From assembly GCA_041686025.1 (NCBI GenBank), contig JAWLEP010000038.1, positions 1 through 25,526 of the forward strand: a stretch of DNA of 25,526 bases, in the 5' to 3' direction. Below, one piece after another: positions 8,632 through 16,783 of this stretch. A model generated the notes under the pieces. It searched no databases, had not been told where the DNA came from, and worked only from the letters and a program-made list of their open reading frames with translations. This DNA is from Candidatus Fermentibacteraceae bacterium (GTDB lineage Bacteria; Fermentibacterota; Fermentibacteria; Fermentibacterales; JCC-6). Each line of letters opens with the position of its first letter. Within the stretch, counting starts at the first letter, position 1. A program made the position numbers and the translations under genes.

Positions 8632-10512
8632 CTAGTAGTAATACCATATGGTTCTGTAGTCCCAGGGGTCCTCGCCCCTCTCCACAAGGCGCTGCAGGTA
8701 CTGAAGTACGGGCACGTCCGTGTAGGCATAGCAGGGCACGGCCGCCAGGTTCTTCTCCCAGGGATGGAACTCGTAGACCCTTCTACCGTCGGGGCGGAGC
8801 ATGATCAGCCTGTGGTCCTGCCAGGCCCTGAGGTGGTTCTTGCCCAGGTTGGGGACGTTGAACACCGACTCGTCGGTCCTGTCTAGGCCTGGAAGCAGCC
8901 TGGCCTCCTCCTTGCGCTCCTGCAGTATCCTGGCTATCGGAACGCGAAGGCTGCCCGTCTCCTCCTTGCCCTTCATGTTGAAGTTGTAGTAGGGCTCTAC
9001 GCCTATCCTCCTGAGATCTACGCGAAGCCGTGCCGTTTCGAATCGCCTGGAGTTCTCGACGGTGAAGACCTGCTGGTTGTAGACGCTCATTCCCGCCGTT
9101 CTTATTCGCGCGACAGCGTCACGGGCCTCGGGCGTTATCTCGTAGGGATGCTCGAAATGGGTCACCACCGAGACCTCCCTGACACCGGGAACGTTGAAGC
9201 CCGCCAGCATTTCCACCAGGTCCCCCGTCCACCGCATGGGCAGCACGACGGGAGTTCTCGTGCCGATCCTGATCCTTCTGATGTGATCCATGGATGCGAA
9301 CCCGGCTACGAACTGCCTCAGCTTCGCGTCGCTCATCACGCAGGGGTCTCCTCCGGTGATCAGCACCTCCTCCAGCTCCCGGTGGTCCTCGAACCACCTC
9401 AGGGCGGTCTCCACCCTCTCGGGGGTGGCCAGCGCGTTGGGGGCCATCACCTGGTCGATCTCCCAGTTCCTCTGGCAGTAGACGCAGATCTGCGCGCAGG
9501 TGTTGAAAGGCTTGAAGATGGCGATACTGGGGTATCTGCGGGTAACCAGGTCCACCGGAGAGGTGTTCCGCTCACCCATGAAGTCGAAGAAGTCCGACCG
9601 GTCCTCCTTGTGATCCAGCATCCCCGTCACGTAGTCCAGAGAGGGTATGACCTGGGCCCGCACCGCGTGGTCTAGACCCTCCCGCGGATCCCTGTCCATG
9701 AGGCTCATGTAGTAGGGAGTGACTCCGAACGGAATGCCGTTCTCGCAGGCCAGGGACACGGCCCTGAGCCTGTCCTCGGACAGCTCCACCAGGCTGCTCA
9801 GGGTCTGCGGGTCCCGGACCACGTTGACCAGGTGCCAGCGGTAATCGTCCCAGAGCCCTTCCGCACAGTCCATGGCTTCCATGATCCGTCGGCGGCTGGC
9901 CCGACGGCGCTCCACCACTTCGGGCTCCAGACCGGAACGGTACCTGCGCATCAGGGCGTGCATCTCCGAGGCCTCCCGGTCCAGGGCCCGGGTCCTCTCC
10001 ACGGCCGCCTCCCTGCCGCGGCGCCGGAGAAAGGCGGGTATGTAGTCGGCGGGGACTCCACCTTCCCCATAGATCCCCGAACGTCCCTCCACCGCCCTCA
10101 GCAGATGGATCATCTCCATTACGAAGCAGGCGGAAGCTTCCCCGGTGTCGCCCTTCGCAAGGCGGAGGAGCGTATCCAGAGTGGAGCACCCGGCTCTCTT
10201 CTCGCAGACCCTTCCCAGGAAGTTCTTGAAGGTCTGGATTGCCTCCCTGGAGTTGGCCTTCTCCAGGGGATGCAGCCTGCAGCCCAGCGAGAGCAGGCGG
10301 CGCTCCCGGGCTTCCAGGTAATCGAACAGACCCTCCCTGGCCTCTCCGGGGGTTTCGGCGGAATCAAGAGCCCTGTGGATGTGCGGGCTGTCGTTCCACA
10401 TCAGGCGGACCAGCGGCCCGATATCTTCGTCGATTGACGGGAGGTTCCTGTATACCTCGCGCAGGCTCTCGGGCCCCTCGAGTTCCCTTGTTGTCTCGTA
10501 GCTCAGCTCCAT
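8632..10512 (-). CDS. KamA-family radical SAM PLP-dependent aminomutase, long form (glutamate 2,3-aminomutase-like residues)
   Basis: TRRYP, CAQICVYCQR (CxxxCxxC), LITGGDP, RIGTRTPVVLP, THFEHPYEIT and PLP-lysine region PNLGK. Start at ATG 10512 preferred for RBS spacing (GGGGGTG). Confidence 0.88.
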   Translation of the reverse strand: MELSYETTRELEGPESLREVYRNLPSIDEDIGPLVRLMWNDSPHIHRALDSAETPGEAREGLFDYLEARERRLLSLGCRLHPLEKANSREAIQTFKNFLGRVCEKRAGCSTLDTLLRLAKGDTGEASACFVMEMIHLLRAVEGRSGIYGEGGVPADYIPAFLRRRGREAAVERTRALDREASEMHALMRRYRSGLEPEVVERRRASRRRIMEAMDCAEGLWDDYRWHLVNVVRDPQTLSSLVELSEDRLRAVSLACENGIPFGVTPYYMSLMDRDPREGLDHAVRAQVIPSLDYVTGMLDHKEDRSDFFDFMGERNTSPVDLVTRRYPSIAIFKPFNTCAQICVYCQRNWEIDQVMAPNALATPERVETALRWFEDHRELEEVLITGGDPCVMSDAKLRQFVAGFASMDHIRRIRIGTRTPVVLPMRWTGDLVEMLAGFNVPGVREVSVVTHFEHPYEITPEARDAVARIRTAGMSVYNQQVFTVENSRRFETARLRVDLRRIGVEPYYNFNMKGKEETGSLRVPIARILQERKEEARLLPGLDRTDESVFNVPNLGKNHLRAWQDHRLIMLRPDGRRVYEFHPWEKNLAAVPCYAYTDVPVLQYLQRLVERGEDPWDYRTIWYYY

Positions 10513-10697
10513 AGGATGCATTCACCCCCCAGTTAAAATATCCACATAGCCATGCCGGTTCCCCGGGCCGTCCGCCGAGGCCGTCTCTGTGCCCGGAAGG
10601 GTGCTGCCCGCCGGCGGAAGTCGGCCCGCGGCCGCATCGGCCGTACCGCCGTCGCGAATAGCGGTATTGCTTGCGCTAGGCAGGATCTGCGGTCGGT

Positions 10698-10732
10698 CCA
10701 GGAATGCCGTCGCAACCAGGAATGCCGTCGCA
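10698..10732. repeat. Tandem direct repeat, 2 x 17 bp (period 18)
   Basis: CCAGGAATGCCGTCGCA at 10698-10714 and 10716-10732. Confidence 0.9.
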
Positions 10733-10805
10733 CCCCAGCCAGAAGCGTCTCTACATTACAGGATATGCATCTGAGCGTTCAGATCAAGCCCCCCACAGCA
10801 GACCG

Positions 10806-11231
10806 CTACTCGACGTAGTCGGGATAGATGCTCTCCGGTGGCCATATGTCGTAGTCTATCTCCCGCTGCCGCCCGTGCCCCCACATCCACTTGATCCAGT
10901 CGCCCCGGTCCTCCCAGTACCACACGGATCCGTCGTCGCTGTTGTACAGCCAGACCCTGCCCTCGGACCCCCAGTCCCAGTAGACGTCGAACCTGGCCGG
11001 AAACTCGGACATCCTGTCCTGGTGGACGACGCCCCCGTCGAGGTCGGTAATGGTAACCATCCACACCGGGGTGCCGGCCATCTCGGGGAGGGCGGACTCG
11101 TTCACGGGGACCGTGAGCACGTAGTTGCCGTCGGGGGAGACCAGGGGCTGCTGCTGTCCGCGGGTGGAGGTTGATGAGCATCCCGCAGCTGCAAGGCAGG
11201 CGGCGAGGCGGGCTGCTGTCCAAGCATTCAT
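10806..11231 (-). CDS. Hypothetical lipoprotein (Trp-rich, partial propeller-like)
   Basis: Lipobox LAAAG|C at residue 18, VSPDGNY motif and GGGAGG RBS. Confidence 0.75.
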   Translation of the reverse strand: MNAWTAARLAACLAAAGCSSTSTRGQQQPLVSPDGNYVLTVPVNESALPEMAGTPVWMVTITDLDGGVVHQDRMSEFPARFDVYWDWGSEGRVWLYNSDDGSVWYWEDRGDWIKWMWGHGRQREIDYDIWPPESIYPDYVE

Positions 11232-11397
11232 TTGCGACCTCCCGTTGGAATACCGTTCTCATCGGATGCCGGCGCGGGTCCTCTCGCATGACAATACGCC
11301 AATACCGCTCCCACACAAAGTCGTCCCTTGTCGATACCGGAGCGGCTGATTATTCCATTTGTTCCAGTTGCCCAAACCTCTGAAAGAAAGGTGGAGC

Positions 11398-11937
11398 ATG
11401 GCAGACAAGAGCAGGGAAGAGCGGAAGAAGGCCGTCATCGAAATCCTCAACGAGGCCAGGAAGATGGAGCTGCACGCCATCGTCCAGTACATGAACCAGC
11501 ACTACGCCCTCGACGACATGGACTACGGCGAGCTGGCGGGCAAGATAAAGCTCATCGCCATCGACGAGATGAAGCACGCCGAGGACTTCGCCGAGCGGAT
11601 CAAGGAGCTGGACGGCGAGCCCACCGCCGACCGCGCCGCGGACGTCACCCCCGACCAGGCCGTGGAGCAGATCTACCCCTTCGACAGCGGGCTGGAGGAC
11701 GATACAATCGAGAAGTACAACAGCTTCCAGGCGGTCTGCAGGGAGAACGGCGACAGCATCACGGCCAAGCTCTTCGAGAGGATCATCAAAGAGGAGCAGA
11801 TACACCTGAACTACTTCGACGACATCGGAGAACACATCGAGCAGCTGGGCGCCGCGTTCCTGGCCCAGAAGGCCGGTACCCCCTCCGACACCGGTCTTAC
11901 CATACTGGGATTCGTGGCCCAGGAGGGCGAGGAGTAA
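11398..11937 (+). CDS. bfr: Bacterioferritin (Desulfovibrio-type)
   Basis: Ferroxidase ligands ARKMELHA, IDEMKHAE (with the haem-ligating Met), LEDDTI and EEQIH. Closely resembles D. desulfuricans Bfr as I recall it (QYMNQHY.LDDMDYGELA, AGTPS.TG). ATG 11398 follows AAGGTGGAG. Confidence 0.93.
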   Translation: MADKSREERKKAVIEILNEARKMELHAIVQYMNQHYALDDMDYGELAGKIKLIAIDEMKHAEDFAERIKELDGEPTADRAADVTPDQAVEQIYPFDSGLEDDTIEKYNSFQAVCRENGDSITAKLFERIIKEEQIHLNYFDDIGEHIEQLGAAFLAQKAGTPSDTGLTILGFVAQEGEE

Positions 11938-11947
11938 GGACACCGAT

Positions 11948-11974
11948 AGCGGGGCCGCCGGCGGCGGCCCCGCT
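11948..11974. terminator. 12-bp hairpin between convergent genes
   Basis: AGCGGGGCCGCC-GGC-GGCGGCCCCGCT; no U-tract. Confidence 0.6.
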
Positions 11975-12470
11975 CAGCCCCTGCCCGTAGCCAGGCTTCC
12001 GTCGAAGCTCACCAGGAGCCCCTGGCCGCCGTTGCTCTCCACCCATGCCCTGACCTCGGTTCCCGGCCTGAGACAGTCCTGCGCCTGCATCCCCACGCAG
12101 ACCTTCATGCCGGTCTCATAATCCGGTCTGTCAGGCGGATGCACCTCCAGCGAAACCAGGTATTCGGGTACGCCGTTGATCGAGGTACCGGTAGGTTCGG
12201 CGGCCAGCACCACAGCGCTGCAGGGAATGCCCTCGGACCGAAGCCGCCCCGCCTCGCGGGCCCCGCCGAGAACAGTGCCGGAAAGACGATGAAGAAGACA
12301 CCGAGAAGGTACAGCTCCGTCCTTCGGTCTATCCCGGGAAAGCTGCCTTCTATCCCGGGCGGAACCCCCCGGGCCAGCAGGATGATTCCCCCTCCGGTCA
12401 CGATGAACACGAAAATGGGTATTGCCCATATCCACCATCTGCCCCTGATCGGCGTCCACACAGAGCTCAT
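11974..12470 (-). pseudogene. Frameshifted small membrane protein (2 TM + OB-fold-like domain)
   Basis: The two TM helices are in the 12105-12500 frame. The soluble part (GIPCSAVVLAAEPTGTSINGVPEYLVSLEVHPPDRPDY) is in the 11974-12543 frame. The switch falls near 12260-12285. Confidence 0.65.
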
Positions 12471-12616
12471 GACTTCTGCATCCCCATGGTTGAGGTCCAT
12501 CCAGCGCAGAGGCGCAAGGATGTTTCCAGAAGGCTACCAACACCGCCCGGGAAAGGCAAACGAAGCCTTGCCCGAATCCGCTGGGACGGACCTAGAGGCT
12601 GCGATGAAAGTCCCGG

Positions 12617-13879
12617 TCATTCCGCCGCGGCTTCCTCCTCGCCGGCATCAAGCCGGCCCGCCCTGAGAAGAGAGGGGAACAGCTTCGTCCACCCCGCCAC
12701 CACCAGCAGGGTCCCGATCCCGCCGCTGACCACGGAGACCACCGGGCCGAAGATGTGGGCTACCAGGCCGGACTCGAAGCCTCCCAGCTCGTTGGAGGAG
12801 CCTATGAAGATCATGTTCACCGCAGACACCCTTCCCCGCATCCTGTCCGGCGTTCTCATCTGGACCAGTATGTGCCTCACCACCATGCTGACGTTGTCGA
12901 AGAAGCCGGTGAGGAAAAGGGCCGCCCAGGACAGCCAGAAGTTCCTGGATATCCCGAAGACCACCGTAGCCACGCCGAAGGCGGCCACCGACGCGTACAG
13001 AGACCTGCCGGCCCTCTTCAGGGGAGGGGCGTGGGCCAGGATCAGGGCCATTACTATCGACCCGGCGGCGGGGGCCGCCCGCAGCCACCCCAGCACCTCC
13101 TCCGGGGAGAGGCCCAGGGGCGGGCTGGTGATTATGTCCCTGGCGAAAACGGGCAGCAGGTACACAGCACCGCCGAGGAGGACGGCGAACAGGTCCATGG
13201 AGATGCTTCCCAGTATGAGCCTTCGGCTCCAGACGTAGCGTATCCCCTCCGCCACCTGCCGCAGCATCCTGCCCCGGGGCAGCCGGGGAAGCCTGGGGAT
13301 CTCCATGAGCGAGAGAAGCACTATGTAGACGGCCGTTGTGGCGGCGCTGAACAGGTAGGCGGCCGTGATGCTCCAGGTGATTATGAAGCCTCCGATGGCC
13401 GGGCCCACCACAGAGGAGAGCTGGAAGAGGGTGGTCCGCCACTTCACCGCCGATTCGAACTCACCCGCCGGCACCACCGCCGGCAGGAGCGCCGTCCTGG
13501 CAGGTGCGGCCACCCTGTGGAAGGCGGCGTCCAGAAAGAGCAGCCCGTACATCCACGCCACCGCACCGCCCCGCCAGCTGAACAGGGCCAGCAGCAGCGA
13601 GGTGAGAGTGGTGCCGGCCAGCCCCGCCACCATGACCCTCCTGCGGTCGAAGACGTCGGCCAGGTAGCCGGCGGGAAGCGTGAGCAGCAGCATGGGAACC
13701 GCCTGAACCAGTCCGATAAGGCCCAGGGCCAGGGGCTGGTCGGTCCTCTGGTACATCTCCCAGCCTATGGCCAGACCCTGGGCCGCCGCTCCCACCCGCA
13801 CCAGGACCCCGCCCAGCAGCAGGTTGCGCACCGCCGCCAGCCGGAACACAGCGTAGGGGCCGTATCGGTTTCCCGCCAA
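12617..13879 (-). CDS. MFS transporter (MFS_3 / EntS-DHA3-like exporter)
   Basis: About 12 hydrophobic segments, motif A (AGYLADVFDRRR) and TPDRMRGRVSAV. Start probably TTG 13879 after GGGGGAAGG. A minus-strand TATAAT at 13923-13928 argues against the longer ORF start. Confidence 0.88.
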   Translation of the reverse strand: MAGNRYGPYAVFRLAAVRNLLLGGVLVRVGAAAQGLAIGWEMYQRTDQPLALGLIGLVQAVPMLLLTLPAGYLADVFDRRRVMVAGLAGTTLTSLLLALFSWRGGAVAWMYGLLFLDAAFHRVAAPARTALLPAVVPAGEFESAVKWRTTLFQLSSVVGPAIGGFIITWSITAAYLFSAATTAVYIVLLSLMEIPRLPRLPRGRMLRQVAEGIRYVWSRRLILGSISMDLFAVLLGGAVYLLPVFARDIITSPPLGLSPEEVLGWLRAAPAAGSIVMALILAHAPPLKRAGRSLYASVAAFGVATVVFGISRNFWLSWAALFLTGFFDNVSMVVRHILVQMRTPDRMRGRVSAVNMIFIGSSNELGGFESGLVAHIFGPVVSVVSGGIGTLLVVAGWTKLFPSLLRAGRLDAGEEEAAAE

Positions 13880-14022
13880 TGCAGAACCTTCCCCCAGAGA
13901 GAGTGCCCCGGTCGAAGGGCCAATTATACCTCCGGGCCGCGGAGGCAGCATTGGCGCGCCCCCGGGCATCGGCTAGACTCAGCCCGGAGCATGAGGGCCA
14001 CCACAACCGCATAGGGGGTATC

Positions 14023-14679
14023 ATGAGGCAGACCGGCAGACAGTGCGCAATCGCGGCCGCCGTCCTGGCGGCCATTCTGGCAGCGCCCGAAGCGGTCGCC
14101 GGCGAAGGCAGGCGCCTTCGGGAGGAGCTGGAGTCCCTGAACGGGGCTCTCGAGCATGCGGAGACCGTTGACCCCGACCGGCTGGACAGCCTCTTCGGAA
14201 GGGCGCTGGAGCTGACATTCGGGGGCGCGCTGTCAGCAGAGGTCGACTCACTGGTGGCGGAGGCGTTTCACGGCGGCGACTGGGCCCCTCTCGACAGCCT
14301 CGCCGAAGCGGCGGCTCCCGCGGTCTCCATTCGGGTCATGGGCGAATCGGTGAACACGGGAGTCAGCGCCAAAGCCTTCCTGGCCGCGGCGGAGCCCGGG
14401 ACAGCGGCCTACGAGTTCTTCGACCTGGCGTCGGACGGCTTCTACGTGGGAGAGGCGCCCTTCCACAGGGTGGGCTCCGCGGAGCTTCCGGTCTGGATGG
14501 AGAGGACGGGGTCCAGCGCCCGGGCCTCCGCAGAACCGCAGAAGGCGGCGGAGTGGCTTGCCATATGGCGTCAGCTGTTTCCCCGGCTTGAGGGAAGCTT
14601 CGCAGAGGTGGCCGAGTCCACCGTCTCCGGCCTGGAGAGCGCCGTCGAGACTGATGGGCCGGCTGCCGGGACGGACTGA
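14023..14679 (+). CDS. Secreted hypothetical protein
   Basis: ATG 14023 after AGGGGG; signal peptide MRQTGRQCAIAAAVLAAILAAPEAVA; no recognised domain. Confidence 0.7.
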   Translation: MRQTGRQCAIAAAVLAAILAAPEAVAGEGRRLREELESLNGALEHAETVDPDRLDSLFGRALELTFGGALSAEVDSLVAEAFHGGDWAPLDSLAEAAAPAVSIRVMGESVNTGVSAKAFLAAAEPGTAAYEFFDLASDGFYVGEAPFHRVGSAELPVWMERTGSSARASAEPQKAAEWLAIWRQLFPRLEGSFAEVAESTVSGLESAVETDGPAAGTD

Positions 14680-14699
14680 CGCCTCAGAGCTGCCGCGCG

Positions 14700-14840
14700 G
14701 AGTCCAGCATCCTCTACCTCCGGCTGCGACGCGGGTGGGCAATGCTGGCCGGCTCCGACCCGGACACCACGCCGATGCTGGAGGAGGTAGCCGTCAGCCG
14801 GGACCAGCAGGCGACATCCCGCCGGGAAGAGCCGGCCTGA
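14700..14840 (+). pseudogene. Internally deleted relic of an FG-GAP-family linker domain
   Basis: Reads ESSILYLRLRRGWAMLAGSDPDTTPMLEEVAVSRD, matching the two ends of the linker in the 6609-8456 protein (VSKILDT and MVLNSSDYTATPSLQEVTINWQD). Confidence 0.55.
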
Positions 14841-14914
14841 GGGCATCCACCGTTACTCTGCCGGGGGTCCCTCCGCCGCCTACCTGTGCCGTCTGGTCTG
14901 CGGAGAGAATATCT

Positions 14915-15463
14915 TCACGGAGAGGTTCGTGCTCCTCCGGCAGCGGCCTGGTCGGCGCCTTCGAAACGCTCATCCAGGTCCTCGAACTCCTCCCGCTCCA
15001 GAAGGAACTCGTAGGTCAGCAGACCTTCGGGAGCCGCCTCCCCCTCCGGAACCACGCAGTCCGGGCCAGGAGCTGGCAGCCAGACCGTTCCCCCATCCTC
15101 TTCGCTGCCCCGGGCCATGAGGGCGAACACACTCCCGGAGTCGCTCACCCCCACCCGGAAGGTGCCGTACCGGGCTCCCCCCCTTTCCAGGTCGAACAGC
15201 CCATCGGCGAGCCAACCACCCAGCGGGGCCTCTATCCGCATCAGGCCGCAGAACACGATGTCCTCGGCGCCCATGGCGTACAGCGTGTCCAGGGCGGTGC
15301 CCACCAGAACGGCTGCAGTCGACCCGGGAAGGGCATCGAAGCTCCCGGCCGCCATCGCCTCGGGGTGTACGAAGGCCTCCCAGGGGAGCCCGGACTCCTG
15401 TGCGGACGCCATCGGAAGCAACAGAAGCGCCGCTGCACAGACAGTAATGATCACCGGTCTCAT
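14915..15463 (-). CDS. Secreted acidic hypothetical protein
   Basis: Signal peptide MRPVIITVCAAALLLLPMASA|Q and AGAGAGG RBS; starts 33 nt after the DUF4236 gene, so probably co-transcribed. Confidence 0.72.
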   Translation of the reverse strand: MRPVIITVCAAALLLLPMASAQESGLPWEAFVHPEAMAAGSFDALPGSTAAVLVGTALDTLYAMGAEDIVFCGLMRIEAPLGGWLADGLFDLERGGARYGTFRVGVSDSGSVFALMARGSEEDGGTVWLPAPGPDCVVPEGEAAPEGLLTYEFLLEREEFEDLDERFEGADQAAAGGARTSP

Positions 15464-15496
15464 GGCATTTCCTCTCTGTTTCGGGAGGTCCCCGGG

Positions 15497-16666
15497 CTAG
15501 GCCGCATCCTTCCCTCCGGCCAGCAGCTCCAGCATCCTGGCCAGCTCCACCGGCCGGCTGCTTGAGATCACGGTGGGCCGTCCGGAGCTGGACTTGGAGA
15601 CAAATATGTAGCCCCGGTCCAGGTCCACTTCCAGGTCCTCGATCTCCTCCAGCTTCAGTGTGGTGGTCCCGGAGTCCTCCACCCTGAGCCTTCGGCTGGT
15701 GAGCACGAGGTCGCCGTCGCGCTTCAGGGAGTAGTGCCAGCCGTCGGGCTCGCTCTCGTCGCGGCGGCGGGTGTAGACCTGCCCCGTTCCCACGTGGTGA
15801 AGCGTCTCGTTTCTGGTTACGTGCAGCGGCGAGACCTCCGGGTCCAGCTCCGGCAGGGGAGGCTCCAGCCCCTGAGCCCGCCGGAGGTCCTCCACCACCT
15901 CCATCTCCCGCCGCACTGTGTCCGAGGGTATCTCCAGGCCAGCGGCCAGGTTGTGCAGCCGCTCGTACTCCTCCTCGGTGATGCGTCTGTCGGCCACCGC
16001 GTCGACGTAGGCCGCCTCGAAGACCTCCAGCTTCACGGCGAGGACCACCTCGGCCGGCATTTGGGCCAGACCCTCCAGGGCCCGGAGCCTGCGCCTCTCG
16101 CCTCCGGTGATCACCCCGTCGTCCAGCACCCTGTCCAGCAGCGCCTGGTAGACGTCTCCCTCCGTCCGGGCCAGCCGCTGCCGCCACTTGCCGGACCCGG
16201 GCACTCTCTCGCGGAGCCGGGCCAGGTCACCGATCAGCTCCTCGGAGACGCGCCCCCCGCCGGATACAAGACCCTCCTCCAGGGCGGCCCGGTACTCCCT
16301 GAGGGCGGCCTTCCGCCTGTGACGGACGATCAGCCAGGCCGACAGCCCCCCCAGCAGGCCGGCCCCGATGCCGGCGGCGGCCAGGGGATGGTCACCGACC
16401 CAGCTCACCGCTGCGCTCACCGCGGCAACGACGGCCAGGATCAGCAGAAGCAGCAGGCAGCCGCTTCCGGAGCCTCCCTCCCCGCGGCCGGATGCCCCCA
16501 CCCGCTTCCGGTAGTAGAGGCCGCCCCGGCCGGCGAAGAGATGCAGTCCCCGGGGGCCGGCGCTCAGTCGGGCGCCCCTCACGCCGCCGGATAACCCCAG
16601 CCCCCCCTTGGAGAGGTTCAGCCTCACCGGACCGGAGCTGAACGCCTTGCGCAGGAAGAGGCTCAT
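15497..16666 (-). CDS. DUF4236-domain membrane protein with TerB-like repeats and PH-like C-terminus
   Basis: N-terminal RKAFSSGPVRLNLSKGGLGLSGG...GGLYYRK (DUF4236 signature), two TM helices, two DGxIxxxE-type units (LDDGVITGGE, VADRRITEEE) and GDLVLTSRRL...LEEIEDLEVD. Confidence 0.8.
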   Translation of the reverse strand: MSLFLRKAFSSGPVRLNLSKGGLGLSGGVRGARLSAGPRGLHLFAGRGGLYYRKRVGASGRGEGGSGSGCLLLLLILAVVAAVSAAVSWVGDHPLAAAGIGAGLLGGLSAWLIVRHRRKAALREYRAALEEGLVSGGGRVSEELIGDLARLRERVPGSGKWRQRLARTEGDVYQALLDRVLDDGVITGGERRRLRALEGLAQMPAEVVLAVKLEVFEAAYVDAVADRRITEEEYERLHNLAAGLEIPSDTVRREMEVVEDLRRAQGLEPPLPELDPEVSPLHVTRNETLHHVGTGQVYTRRRDESEPDGWHYSLKRDGDLVLTSRRLRVEDSGTTTLKLEEIEDLEVDLDRGYIFVSKSSSGRPTVISSSRPVELARMLELLAGGKDAA

Positions 16667-16735
16667 TTCAGTCCTTCCAAGGTTGCATTTGCTGCTACAG
16701 TATTTGGGACATCGCCTGCTGGCTGCAAGCCCCGT

Positions 16736-16773
16736 GGACCGTGTGTGGAGCGACGGGCGCTCCCTTACGGTCC
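16736..16773 (-). terminator. Interrupted hairpin after the propeller gene
   Basis: GGACCGT..GGAGCG-ACGGG-CGCTCC..ACGGTCC, 10 nt past the stop at 16784. Confidence 0.4.
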
Positions 16774-16783
16774 GCCGTGCCGG

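Noticed and set aside
10698..10732. Direct repeat as a mini-CRISPR
   Set aside because: Only two 17-bp copies with a 1-nt gap; no spacers and no cas genes.
11328..11362. Fur/PerR box upstream of bfr (TGATTATTCCATT)
   Set aside because: Not palindromic enough; better explained as a weak -10 region of TTGTCG-N17-TATTCC.
12508..12620. Lysine-riboswitch-like words (AGAGGCGC...GAAAGG...GCCCGAA) on the + strand
   Set aside because: No AGUA loop-E motif, later stems are unconvincing, and it faces antisense into the MFS 3' end with no downstream gene. An Infernal RF00168 scan would settle it.
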